From: Alphaproteobacteria bacterium
GTDB lineage: Bacteria; Pseudomonadota; Alphaproteobacteria; MPNO01
Reading direction: 5' to 3'
DNA length: 64,000 nt
Assembly: GCA_965248835.1 (NCBI GenBank)
Contig: CBDFLJ010000002.1
Coordinates: 1,792,001 to 1,856,000, forward strand
In this document: positions 41,632 to 49,927 of the stretch, piece by piece
How positions within the stretch are numbered: position 1 is the first letter of the stretch
Layout of the letters: each line of letters opens with the position of its first letter
The notes under the pieces: generated by a model
The model's input: the letters and a program-made list of their open reading frames with translations, nothing else
Told to the model about the DNA's origin: nothing
Databases searched by the model: none
Translations under genes and position numbers: made by a program

Positions 41632-42402
41632 TTACCAGATCTCGTCCGGGCGCGGATATTCGACCGGGTTGCCCGCGTGATAGACCGGCGCGCGCTTTTC
41701 CAGGAACGCGCTCAGCCCTTCGGCGCAGGCCTGCGTGCGCGACAGCTCCAGCACCCGGTCGATCTCCAACCGCATGTCCTCGGGATTGCGGTCCTTGTTG
41801 CGGTACAGCCGAAGCGTTTCCTTGGCGAACTTGAGCCCGCGGGTCGGATATGACGCGATCCGCCCGGCCCAGGTAAGAGCGGTGTCCATCAGCGCATCGG
41901 CCGGCACGACCTTGTTGGCGAGCCCGATGCGGTGAGCCTCCTCGCCGAGCACGAACCGGCCGGTGAGGATCATCTCGGCCGCGCGGGCGTAACCGATGAT
42001 CTTGGGCAGCACCCGTGGCGAAGCCCACTCGCTCATGAAGCCCGCCGGCACGGCGATCTCGGAGAGCTTCGCGCGATCGGAGACGATCCTGAGATCGCAG
42101 CACAGAGTGAACTCGAACCCCATACCGACGCACACCCCGTCGATCGCAGCGATCGTCGGCATCGGCAGGTCTTCCCACTTGCGGCAGACCTGCTGAGCGA
42201 CCAGGTGGTGATGGTCGTTCATCCACCAGATCACCATGTCCATATAGGCGCCGTCGAGGCCATGGGTTTCCTCGGGGCGCTCGAGCGGGGCGGTCTCGAC
42301 CTTGAGGTCGCCGCCGCCGGAAAAGTTGCCGCCCGAACCGGTCAGGATCACCGCGCGCACGCGCGATTCGCGGATGTCGTCGACGATGCGATCGAGCTCC
42401 AG
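41632..42402 (-). pseudogene. Enoyl-CoA hydratase/isomerase, 5' truncated
   Basis: LELDRIVDDIRESRVRAVILTG..FSGGGDL; N-terminal NRP...NA segment absent and an in-frame TAG lies just upstream. Confidence 0.75.
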
Positions 42403-42538
42403 CGCCGGCGCGGCGGCCCGCGCCGGGATCCGACCAGACTACCGGTTCGGCCGCGGCGGTTCGACGCGCCGCATCGCGTTGCGGCGGCGCGATCTTTCGC
42501 CCGGGCTCCGAAGCAGACAGGACAATGAAGGACAAAAG

Positions 42539-42571
42539 GGGACGTCGTACTTTTTCAAAAAACTGCGTCCC
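42539..42571. repeat. Imperfect inverted repeat at the left island edge
   Basis: GGGACG-TCGTACTTTTTCAAAAAACTG-CGTCCC. Confidence 0.5.
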
Positions 42572-42647
42572 GAACTGGCGAAACCGCCGGCTTGACTCAT
42601 CGGAACTGTAAGATTCTATTACCATGTGTCGGATTAAGGAGGTGCCC

Positions 42648-42953
42648 ATGGATCCCACCGCACTGAAAGGTAAGCTGATCGCCGTCCTCGGCCAGATTCA
42701 GGCCGACAGCGGCCTCGAGTGCCCGGCACTGACCGGCGCCACCAAGCCGATCGAGAACCTGCCCAAGTTCGACAGCAAGGTCTGGCCTGTCGCAATCACG
42801 ATCCTTGCGACCGAGATCGGCGCGACGATCCCGAACGACGTGAACATCTTCGTCGACGAGACGACCAAGCTCCCACGCTCCATCGACGAGACAGCCGTCT
42901 TCGTCTCCGACTTGCTTAGGAAGCAAAGCGAGCAGGAAGCGGCTGCGGCATGA
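42648..42953 (+). CDS. Divergent acyl-carrier-protein-like protein
   Basis: AAGGAGG RBS; 101 aa; ENLPKFDSKVWPVAITILATEIGATIPND aligns by eye to ACP [28 protein letters not shown] (Ser43); acpS in the same cassette. Confidence 0.7.
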   Translation: MDPTALKGKLIAVLGQIQADSGLECPALTGATKPIENLPKFDSKVWPVAITILATEIGATIPNDVNIFVDETTKLPRSIDETAVFVSDLLRKQSEQEAAAA

Positions 42954-43315
42954 CCAAACTCGATTCCGCCAAGCGGGCCCAGATTGCCGAGCGCCTGAAA
43001 GAGGCGCGCAAGCTTGCAGGCCTGTCACAAGGCCATGTCGCCAAGATGCTCGGCCTGCATCGCCCCTCCGTCAGCGAGATGGAAGCCGGCAACCGCCGCG
43101 TCTCAGCCGACGAGCTCGCCCGGCTTGCCGAGATATATGACGTCAGCGTCGTCTGGCTGCTTGGCGAGGCGCCCGAGACACTTGACGCCCAGGACCCGCG
43201 GCTTGAGCTCGCCGCGCGCGAACTCTCAAAACTCAAGCCCGACGACCTGGAACACCTGCTCAAGCTGTTGGCCGCCCTGCGCAGCGATTCCAACGCGACT
43301 GGAGGTGATCGCTGA
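42950..43315 (+). CDS. XRE-family HTH regulator
   Basis: RLKEARKLAGLSQ..VA..LGL.RPSVSEMEAGNR; ATGA overlap. Confidence 0.93.
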   Translation: MTKLDSAKRAQIAERLKEARKLAGLSQGHVAKMLGLHRPSVSEMEAGNRRVSADELARLAEIYDVSVVWLLGEAPETLDAQDPRLELAARELSKLKPDDLEHLLKLLAALRSDSNATGGDR

Positions 43316-44217
43316 TGAACGTGATGCGCACCACCAAGCCCAGCTTCAACCGCCGCGCCCTGGCGACTCAAGCAATGCAGGCCGCCACGGCCACGCGGGC
43401 GAAGGCCGAGCTCGACCAAGCCGGACCGATCTGCATCTACGGGCTGTGCGAGACGCTGGGCATCGTGGTGCGCTTCAACAACATCAACATGGAAGGGATG
43501 TATCAGCGCGGCCTTCCACCACGCATCCATCTCTCGGCACGAAGGCCGCTGCCGCGGCGCACCTACAATTGCGCGCATGAGCTCGGTCATCACGTGTTCG
43601 GCCACGGCTCGTCGATCGACGAACTGCGCGAGGACGCCAAGGCGCAGCCTTGGGAAGACCCAAAGGAGTTCCTGGCCGACACCTTCGCTGGCTTCATCCT
43701 CATGCCGATCATTGGACTGCGCCGCGCCTTCTCGGTCCGGGGTTGGACGCCGGAAACGGCGACGCCGGCGCAGATCTTCACCATCGCTTGCGAGTTCGGC
43801 GTCGGGTACGCGACGCTTCTAACCCACCTCTCGGCAGGCGTGAACATGTTGTCGCGCGGCCGCGCCGCCGCTCTTCAGCGGATCACGCCCAAGGCCCTGC
43901 GCACGGATATCCTCGGTGCGTTGACGCCCGAGCCGCTGATCGTCGCCGATCACCATCGCACCGCGCCCACCTTGGACGCAGAGGTCAAGACGCTGCTTCT
44001 GCTGCCGCCCGGCGCCAAGGTGACGGGCGGCGGACTCGCCTTCGAGCGCGACCTCGCAGCCGGACGCCTGTTCCGGGCGGTGAAGCCAGGGATCTTCCAG
44101 GCAAGCGCCGGTGACTGGGCAGTCTTTGTGCGCCTAGCTCCGGTCCAGAAAAACGAGCCGCACGGCTATGTCGGTCTGGCGCAATACCGGCATCTGGAGG
44201 AGGACCCGGATGAGTAA
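43315..44217 (+). CDS. ImmA/IrrE family zinc metallopeptidase
   Basis: AHELGHH, E..ADTFAG.ILMP; TGATG overlap. Confidence 0.92.
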   Translation: MNVMRTTKPSFNRRALATQAMQAATATRAKAELDQAGPICIYGLCETLGIVVRFNNINMEGMYQRGLPPRIHLSARRPLPRRTYNCAHELGHHVFGHGSSIDELREDAKAQPWEDPKEFLADTFAGFILMPIIGLRRAFSVRGWTPETATPAQIFTIACEFGVGYATLLTHLSAGVNMLSRGRAAALQRITPKALRTDILGALTPEPLIVADHHRTAPTLDAEVKTLLLLPPGAKVTGGGLAFERDLAAGRLFRAVKPGIFQASAGDWAVFVRLAPVQKNEPHGYVGLAQYRHLEEDPDE

Positions 44218-45064
44218 GGCCAGGAATCTGGTGGCGCCGCCGCCCCTGGTGATCGACGACACCAATCTGTCGCGCGCCTGGGCACGGCTGCTTCTGCAGG
44301 TTCTCGACGGCGCCGGCACGGAGGTCGCCCCGTTAATCCTGAGCCTGAGCGGCTTCGCCCAAAACGGCGCCGCCGTCGAAGACCCTGCGGTGCGCCAAGC
44401 CCTCGATCAGCTGCTCAAGCGCAAGGGCCGAATCGTGGTCGAGAACGTCGCGTTCACGATCTTCCCACAGGGGCTCTGGGAGATGTCGCGCGGCGACCGG
44501 ACTCGCCTTTTCGCCCGCTATCGCGCGACATTCCCGCGCTGGCAGGCGATGAACCGCAGGGCCAATGGCCGCGGCCTGTATTTCGAGCGCATGGTCATGT
44601 ACGGGCGCGGCCCGTGCGACGGCAATCAACTGGAGTGGATCTTGTCTCAATTCAATTCCCGGAAGGGCGTGCGCCGTTCGATGCTTCAAGCGACCACCTT
44701 CGATCCAGGCCGCGACCACGTCGCCAGCGCGCAGCTCGGCTTTCCGTGCCTGCAGCAGGTGAGCTTCGAGCCTACCGCGGCCGGGCTCGTTACCAACGCC
44801 TTCTATGCGACCCAGCAGATTTTCGACAAAGCCTATGGCAACTATCTCGGCCTAGCCCAGCTCGGCGCCTTCATGGCCCGTGAGATGGGCATGTCGCTCG
44901 CGCGCCTGAACGTCATGGTCGGGGTCGCCAAGCTCGACCGGATCAACAAGAGCGATGCCGATCTTGTCCCGCTGGTCGCAGCCGCTCGGGCCCTCGTATC
45001 GCCGCCCACTGCCCCGGCGCCGCGAACGCCTATCTCCACTGCGAGCGCCGGAGCAACGCTTTGA
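44210..45064 (+). CDS. Divergent thymidylate synthase-like protein
   Basis: YFERM, NQLE, FPCLQQVSF (catalytic Cys), KAYGNY. Confidence 0.82.
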   Translation: MSKARNLVAPPPLVIDDTNLSRAWARLLLQVLDGAGTEVAPLILSLSGFAQNGAAVEDPAVRQALDQLLKRKGRIVVENVAFTIFPQGLWEMSRGDRTRLFARYRATFPRWQAMNRRANGRGLYFERMVMYGRGPCDGNQLEWILSQFNSRKGVRRSMLQATTFDPGRDHVASAQLGFPCLQQVSFEPTAAGLVTNAFYATQQIFDKAYGNYLGLAQLGAFMAREMGMSLARLNVMVGVAKLDRINKSDADLVPLVAAARALVSPPTAPAPRTPISTASAGATL

Positions 45065-46203
45065 ATGCGAGGTCGCCCAAAGTCCCCAAGAAACGTCCGC
45101 GAGGCCGTCCCCGGAAACCTCGTCCCAGCGCAGTCAACGCATCGCTCCCGATGGAGCTGCCCTTCGCGGTTCGGCCCGCGGCGCCCGCGCCGATCATCCT
45201 GCGCCACCTTGCGCCAGCCACAGTGTCCGAGGTTTATGAGAACTATTGGCGCTTCGCCGCCGAAAGGCAGGCGGTGTTTTTCCGCCGTGTGCGCGGCGAG
45301 ACTCGCCCATGGACGGACAATCCGGTGCTGGCGATTTACAAGTTCACCAACGCCTACCGCGCGTCCGACCGCGTCAGCCAGTATCTCATCCGCCATGTCA
45401 TCTATCGAGACGATCTACCCAAGTCACCGCTCGAAGTGTTCTTCCGCATCCTGCTGTTCAAGCTGTTCAACAAGATCGAGACCTGGGAGCTCCTCGAAGG
45501 CGCGCTCGGCCCAATCACCTTCGAGGACTATCGCTTCGCCGCCCATGACGCCGTGCTCTCGCGCGCGATGCAGACCGGACGTCGCATCTACTCGGCCGCG
45601 TACATCATGCCGCCGGGCAGCCGCTCCTTCGGGCGATCGGCCAAGCACCAGAACCATCTGTTGCTGCTCGAACGCATGATGGCAGATCGGCTTGCCGAGC
45701 GATTGGCCCAGACCCGCACCATGCAGGAGGGCTTCGAGAAGCTGCGTGCCTACCCAACGATCGGCGACTTCCTCGCCTACCAATTCATCACCGACATCAA
45801 TTACAGCGAACTCACCGATTTCAGTGAGATGGACTTCGTCATACCCGGCCCGGGCGCGCGCGACGGCCTGCGAAAATGCTTCGTCGATCCGGGCGGCCTG
45901 AACGAACCCGAGCTCATCCGGCTGATGGCCGACCTGCAAGAACAAGAGTTCGAACGGCTGGGCCTCGACTTCCAATCACTCTGGGGCCGCCGCCTCCAGC
46001 TGATCGACTGCCAGAATCTGTTCTGCGAGGTCGATAAATATGCGCGCGTGGCGCACCCGCAGATCGCGGGAAAGACCGGCCGTGTACGCATCAAGCAGAA
46101 GTTCGTTCCGACCTCGGAGCCGATCGGTTTCTTCTACCCCCCCAAGTGGAAGCTCAACAACAAGATCCGCGTCGCCGCGCTGCAGCGCGCTGCAGCCACG
46201 TGA
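45061..46203 (+). CDS. aGPT-Pplase clade 1 / '5-hmdU DNA kinase helical domain' family base-hypermodification protein
   Basis: FAAERQ.VF..R...PWT.NPVL..YKFTNAYRASDR, IG.FLAYQF..D.NY, GPGA..G, QN.FCE.DKY; TTGA overlap; alternative start ATG 45151. Confidence 0.85.
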   Translation: MNARSPKVPKKRPRGRPRKPRPSAVNASLPMELPFAVRPAAPAPIILRHLAPATVSEVYENYWRFAAERQAVFFRRVRGETRPWTDNPVLAIYKFTNAYRASDRVSQYLIRHVIYRDDLPKSPLEVFFRILLFKLFNKIETWELLEGALGPITFEDYRFAAHDAVLSRAMQTGRRIYSAAYIMPPGSRSFGRSAKHQNHLLLLERMMADRLAERLAQTRTMQEGFEKLRAYPTIGDFLAYQFITDINYSELTDFSEMDFVIPGPGARDGLRKCFVDPGGLNEPELIRLMADLQEQEFERLGLDFQSLWGRRLQLIDCQNLFCEVDKYARVAHPQIAGKTGRVRIKQKFVPTSEPIGFFYPPKWKLNNKIRVAALQRAAAT

Positions 46204-46220
46204 CGCCGAAGGAGACGCGC

Positions 46221-47117
46221 ATGGATTTCAACGGCTATCAGAAGGAGGCGCTGCGCACCGATCGTGTGCCCGCGCGCGACGATGCCACCTCGTTGATCGT
46301 GCCCATGCTTGGCCTTGCCGGCGAAACCGGACAGCTACTCAGCGAATACAAGAAACACTTGCGCGACGGCGAGGCACATCGCCTATTCAAGGACCGCGTG
46401 TCCGAGGAATTGGGCGACCTGCTCTGGTATATCGCCAACGTTGCCAGCAAGTTCGATCTCTCGCTCTCCGACATCGCAGCGGCCAACTTGGCCAAGGTCA
46501 AGCAGCGCTGGGCGAGCGAGCGCGCCGAGCCGTTAACCTTTGACGCCGAGCTTCCCGAACGCGAGCGCCTGCCGCGCCGGTTCGAAGTCGAGGTGATCGA
46601 TGTCGAGGGGGGTGCGCGCCAGCACGTGCGGCTCCTGATCGATGGCAAGCCGCTTGGCGCGGAGCTCACCGACAACGCGTACGATCCCGACGGTTATCGC
46701 TTCCACGACGTCTTCCACTTCGCCTACGCCGCCGTGCTTGGCTGGTCACCAATCACGCGGGGGTTGCTCCGGCGAAAGCGCAAGAGCCGACCGCTGCTCG
46801 ACGAGGTGGAGGACGGCGGCCGCGCGGCCGTCATCGAAGAGGGCGTGGTGGCGCTCACGTTCGACTATGCGCGTCGCCATCACTTCCTCGACGGCGTGGC
46901 CGCCCTCGATTTTCAGTTGCTGCGCACGATCAAGGACATGACGTCCCATCTGGAAGTACGGCGATGCACCACCGGCGAATGGGAGCAAGCCATTCTGCAG
47001 GGCTTCGACGTGTGGCGTGTGGTGCTCGCCGCGCGCGGAGGCCATATCGCCGTCGATCTGGGCGCCCGGCGCATCACCTTTCTAGGCCCGTCCGCCGGTC
47101 AGGAACCGCGCGCATGA
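46221..47117 (+). CDS. MazG-like nucleotide pyrophosphohydrolase with MazG C-terminal domain
   Basis: LGLAGETG, EELGDLLWY, NL.K, LTDNAYD.DGYRFHDVFH, EDGGRA; AAGGAG RBS. Confidence 0.9.
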   Translation: MDFNGYQKEALRTDRVPARDDATSLIVPMLGLAGETGQLLSEYKKHLRDGEAHRLFKDRVSEELGDLLWYIANVASKFDLSLSDIAAANLAKVKQRWASERAEPLTFDAELPERERLPRRFEVEVIDVEGGARQHVRLLIDGKPLGAELTDNAYDPDGYRFHDVFHFAYAAVLGWSPITRGLLRRKRKSRPLLDEVEDGGRAAVIEEGVVALTFDYARRHHFLDGVAALDFQLLRTIKDMTSHLEVRRCTTGEWEQAILQGFDVWRVVLAARGGHIAVDLGARRITFLGPSAGQEPRA

Positions 47118-47503
47118 GCCTCCGCACCCAATGCGAGAACGCTCGCCATCGCCACGCCGCCGGCATGGCTGATGCTGAGCCGCCAAGCGGTCACTCCCAA
47201 CGCCGTGGCGGCCTTCGCCGCGCCGCCCGAAAGTCGGACCTCCGGCGCCGCGCCCGGCGCGCGTTGGATCATCACATCGGTGAAGGCGACCCCTGCCCCG
47301 AAGCCGGTGCCGACCGCCTTGAGCACCGCTTCCTTAGCGGCGAACCGCCCCGCCAGGCGCTCGATCCGATCGACCCCATCGCCGATCTCATCCAGCTCGG
47401 CTTGCACGAAGCAACGCGGAATCAGTGGGTCGCGCGGATCCTCTATCCACCGCCGCATCTCGGCGATGTCCACTAGGTCAATGCCGTGTCCGACGACGTT
47501 CAT
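47099..47503 (-). CDS. acpS: Holo-ACP synthase (4'-phosphopantetheinyl transferase)
   Basis: GHGIDLVDI, LAGRFAAKEAVLKA.GTG, LSISH; GAGGA RBS. Confidence 0.93.
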   Translation of the reverse strand: MNVVGHGIDLVDIAEMRRWIEDPRDPLIPRCFVQAELDEIGDGVDRIERLAGRFAAKEAVLKAVGTGFGAGVAFTDVMIQRAPGAAPEVRLSGGAAKAATALGVTAWRLSISHAGGVAMASVLALGAEAHARGS

Positions 47504-47596
47504 AAGACCCGTTTTTCCTCGAGGCGACACATGAATGGGGCCCCAACGCTCGGGAACGCCGTGAATCAATAATAGAGAGCAGGGGGAAACAAAGCG

Positions 47597-48349
47597 ATGA
47601 CCAAGCTGCCAGCCATGTTCTGGAGCGGGGAGACCCTCAGCGAACGGCTCAAGACGCTGATAGACCCGTTCGTCTCCGGACGAGTGGATTGCGCCGCTTA
47701 TACGCTTTCGATCGGCCCGGAAGTCTATGTGTCGCCCAACGACCAGACCGCCGATCCGACCACGGTCACGATCCGCAAGCTCAGCGAGGGAGAGGCGTTC
47801 ACCATCCCGCCCGGCCAGTTCGCCTTCCTGCTCACCGAGGAGGTCGTCTCCGTCCCAGCGGATGCGCTGGCCTTCATCTCCATTCGAGCGAAGACCAAGT
47901 TCCGTGGTTTGGTCAACGTATCCGGGTTTCATGTTGATCCTGGCTATCGCGGTCAGCTGACGTTCGCGGTCTTCAACGCCGGTCCTGTGCCAGTCCACCT
48001 CAAGCGCGGACAACCGACATTCCTGATCTGGTACGCGAGCCTCGACCGCGAGACCGCCTTCAAGAAGGACGGTACGATTCACAAGGGCATCGATCCCGAG
48101 CTAGTAACGGCCGTCGCCGGCGAACTGCAATCCTTCGCCGGCCTCTCCAAGAAGATTGAGGACGTCGACAAGGCGCTCCGCGACCGCGTCCATGCACTTG
48201 AAAAGGAGCAGACCGGATACCGCGTCATCGGCGCGGTCGCGTTGGCGCTCATGATTGCGCTGACCGTGAACTGGCTTACGGACAGCATCCCGTCTCGTTC
48301 GGCGCCGCCCCCGCAGGCAACATCGCCGTCGCAAGCGCCAACTCAGTAG
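47597..48349 (+). CDS. Dcd/dUTPase-fold protein with C-terminal coiled coil and TM helix
   Basis: IPPGQFA..LTEE, HVDPGYRG.L...FN; hydrophobic VIGAVALALMIALTVNWL near the C-terminus. Confidence 0.85.
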   Translation: MTKLPAMFWSGETLSERLKTLIDPFVSGRVDCAAYTLSIGPEVYVSPNDQTADPTTVTIRKLSEGEAFTIPPGQFAFLLTEEVVSVPADALAFISIRAKTKFRGLVNVSGFHVDPGYRGQLTFAVFNAGPVPVHLKRGQPTFLIWYASLDRETAFKKDGTIHKGIDPELVTAVAGELQSFAGLSKKIEDVDKALRDRVHALEKEQTGYRVIGAVALALMIALTVNWLTDSIPSRSAPPPQATSPSQAPTQ

Positions 48350-48737
48350 ATCGCCACGTCAACCTCGATGGCAGCTCGTCCGACGGGCCTGTCCGGCCCC
48401 GTCGTTCCGCCACGGCGCGCGCCAGCAGGATCGTCAGGCATTGCCAGTGCCCGGCAGCATTCTACCCTTGGCGGTCACGCCGCCGAGATCGGCGTCAATC
48501 GAGATTCCGCCGACGTTGAGGCCCGCCCCATCCCTGCACGCCCTAACGGATACGACCGCCCGGATTGGCGGACGCAGAAAACGGCCGCTGCGGCAGGAAA
48601 CCGGTCGGCTGCACACTCCGCCCCACCCCTCGGCCGAACGAATCCACGGCTTGTCCGAACGAATGCGCCTGTCGCGCGCTCGAATGCGTTGGAATTGAAT
48701 GAATCCGCTTACGGTCTGCTTACGTTACGGCGTTGGA

Positions 48738-48785
48738 TCATCGAACCGAGTCGCGCGTCAGATGCGCGTAGCGCGCCGTCGTCTC
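48738..48785 (-). pseudogene. Tyrosine integrase extreme C-terminal remnant
   Basis: GAGACGACGGCGCGCTACGCGCATCTG... = ETTARYAHLTRDSVR*, the same motif as QTTARYAHL at 21.5 kb. Confidence 0.65.
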
Positions 48786-49856
48786 GGTCCGTCGGATGGA
48801 TCACCACGCCGCGCCCGCACAGATCGATCAGTTGATCGACCATGTGCGGGACGTTCTCGAGATAGTAGGCCCGGCCGAAATCGACGAAGATGTTGTTGGG
48901 CTTATAGAGCCCGCCCGGGGTGAATATCCCGGTTTCTTCGGCGGCGAGCGTGAACGCCCGGCAGGTTTCCCGAAAGCGCACCAGGTCGGCAACCTGGGAT
49001 TGCACGATCGGTGCGGCGTTGGTCCCCAGACTCTCGGTCACAAGAACCGCCAGACCCGCAATCAGCTCCGCATTGATGACGTGACGGGTCTGGGTCTCGA
49101 TATGGATCCAATCGAAGATCCGCTGCGGGTACGGCATCGCATGGTCGAGGTTGCCGAGAGGCCGGACACGGTCCCAGGGGATCAGCACGTCGTCGAAATA
49201 GGCCATGCTGCCGAGTTCGTCGCCTTGGCTCGATAGCGGCCAGTCATATTCGCTCGCCCCGTCCAAAGCGTTGGAACGCCGCGTCACATGGGTGATGTTG
49301 GGATGGTTGACCGGCACCATCGCGAAGACCTCCTGCTCGGGCACGGCTCCCGGCTTCCACAAGATGCCGACCTCGATCTCGTTGGCAAAGACGACCATCG
49401 GCGCGATGGCGCGATCCTGGCTCCGGAGTTCATTCCAGCAATCGCGGATGTTCTGGGCGAAGGGGCCGTCCTTGCCGAAAACGGTCTGCGCCTCCCAGAC
49501 TTCGGGGTCATCGACCAGGGTGAACATGACTGTGTTGGTGCTCCCCGGCGGGCGGGTCCACACCTGGGAGTGACACCAAAAGAACTCGTGTCAGTTGCGC
49601 CGGGCGAGGACGTCTTCCTTCGAGCGCGGCAACATCCAGTGCTTGGCCCGACACTCGCCGTCTTCGTCTGGTGCCGCGGATCGCGGTGCAAATCGTAGTA
49701 GCGCGCGATCATGGCGGCACAACCGCGCGTTTTGGGGTGGGTCGTCAGATCTTCGATTCGTTCACCGTCGCAATAGACGTTCCGCCCGTCTCTGATCGAG
49801 TCGAGATATTCTTCGCCGGTCCGCTCCCTTGATATGCATTTGGTTTCTGGCGACAT
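48786..49856 (-). pseudogene. 4-hydroxyphenylacetate 3-hydroxylase (HpaB/TftD) family, disrupted
   Basis: RTGEEYLDSIRDGRNVY.DGE....THP, FDDVLIPWDRV; frameshifts and a stop near 49570-49660; 3' end replaced by the integrase remnant. Confidence 0.85.
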
Positions 49857-49927
49857 CGAAATGTGTCGTCGATTTCGGGTATAGATTGCCAAGCCCAAAG
49901 TCCAGGATAGTAGCCTGAACTTAAGGC

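Noticed and set aside
47099-48082. 327-aa AcpS with long N-terminal extension
   Set aside because: The extension is antisense to the Dcd-fold gene; ATG 47503 with RBS gives a normal-size AcpS
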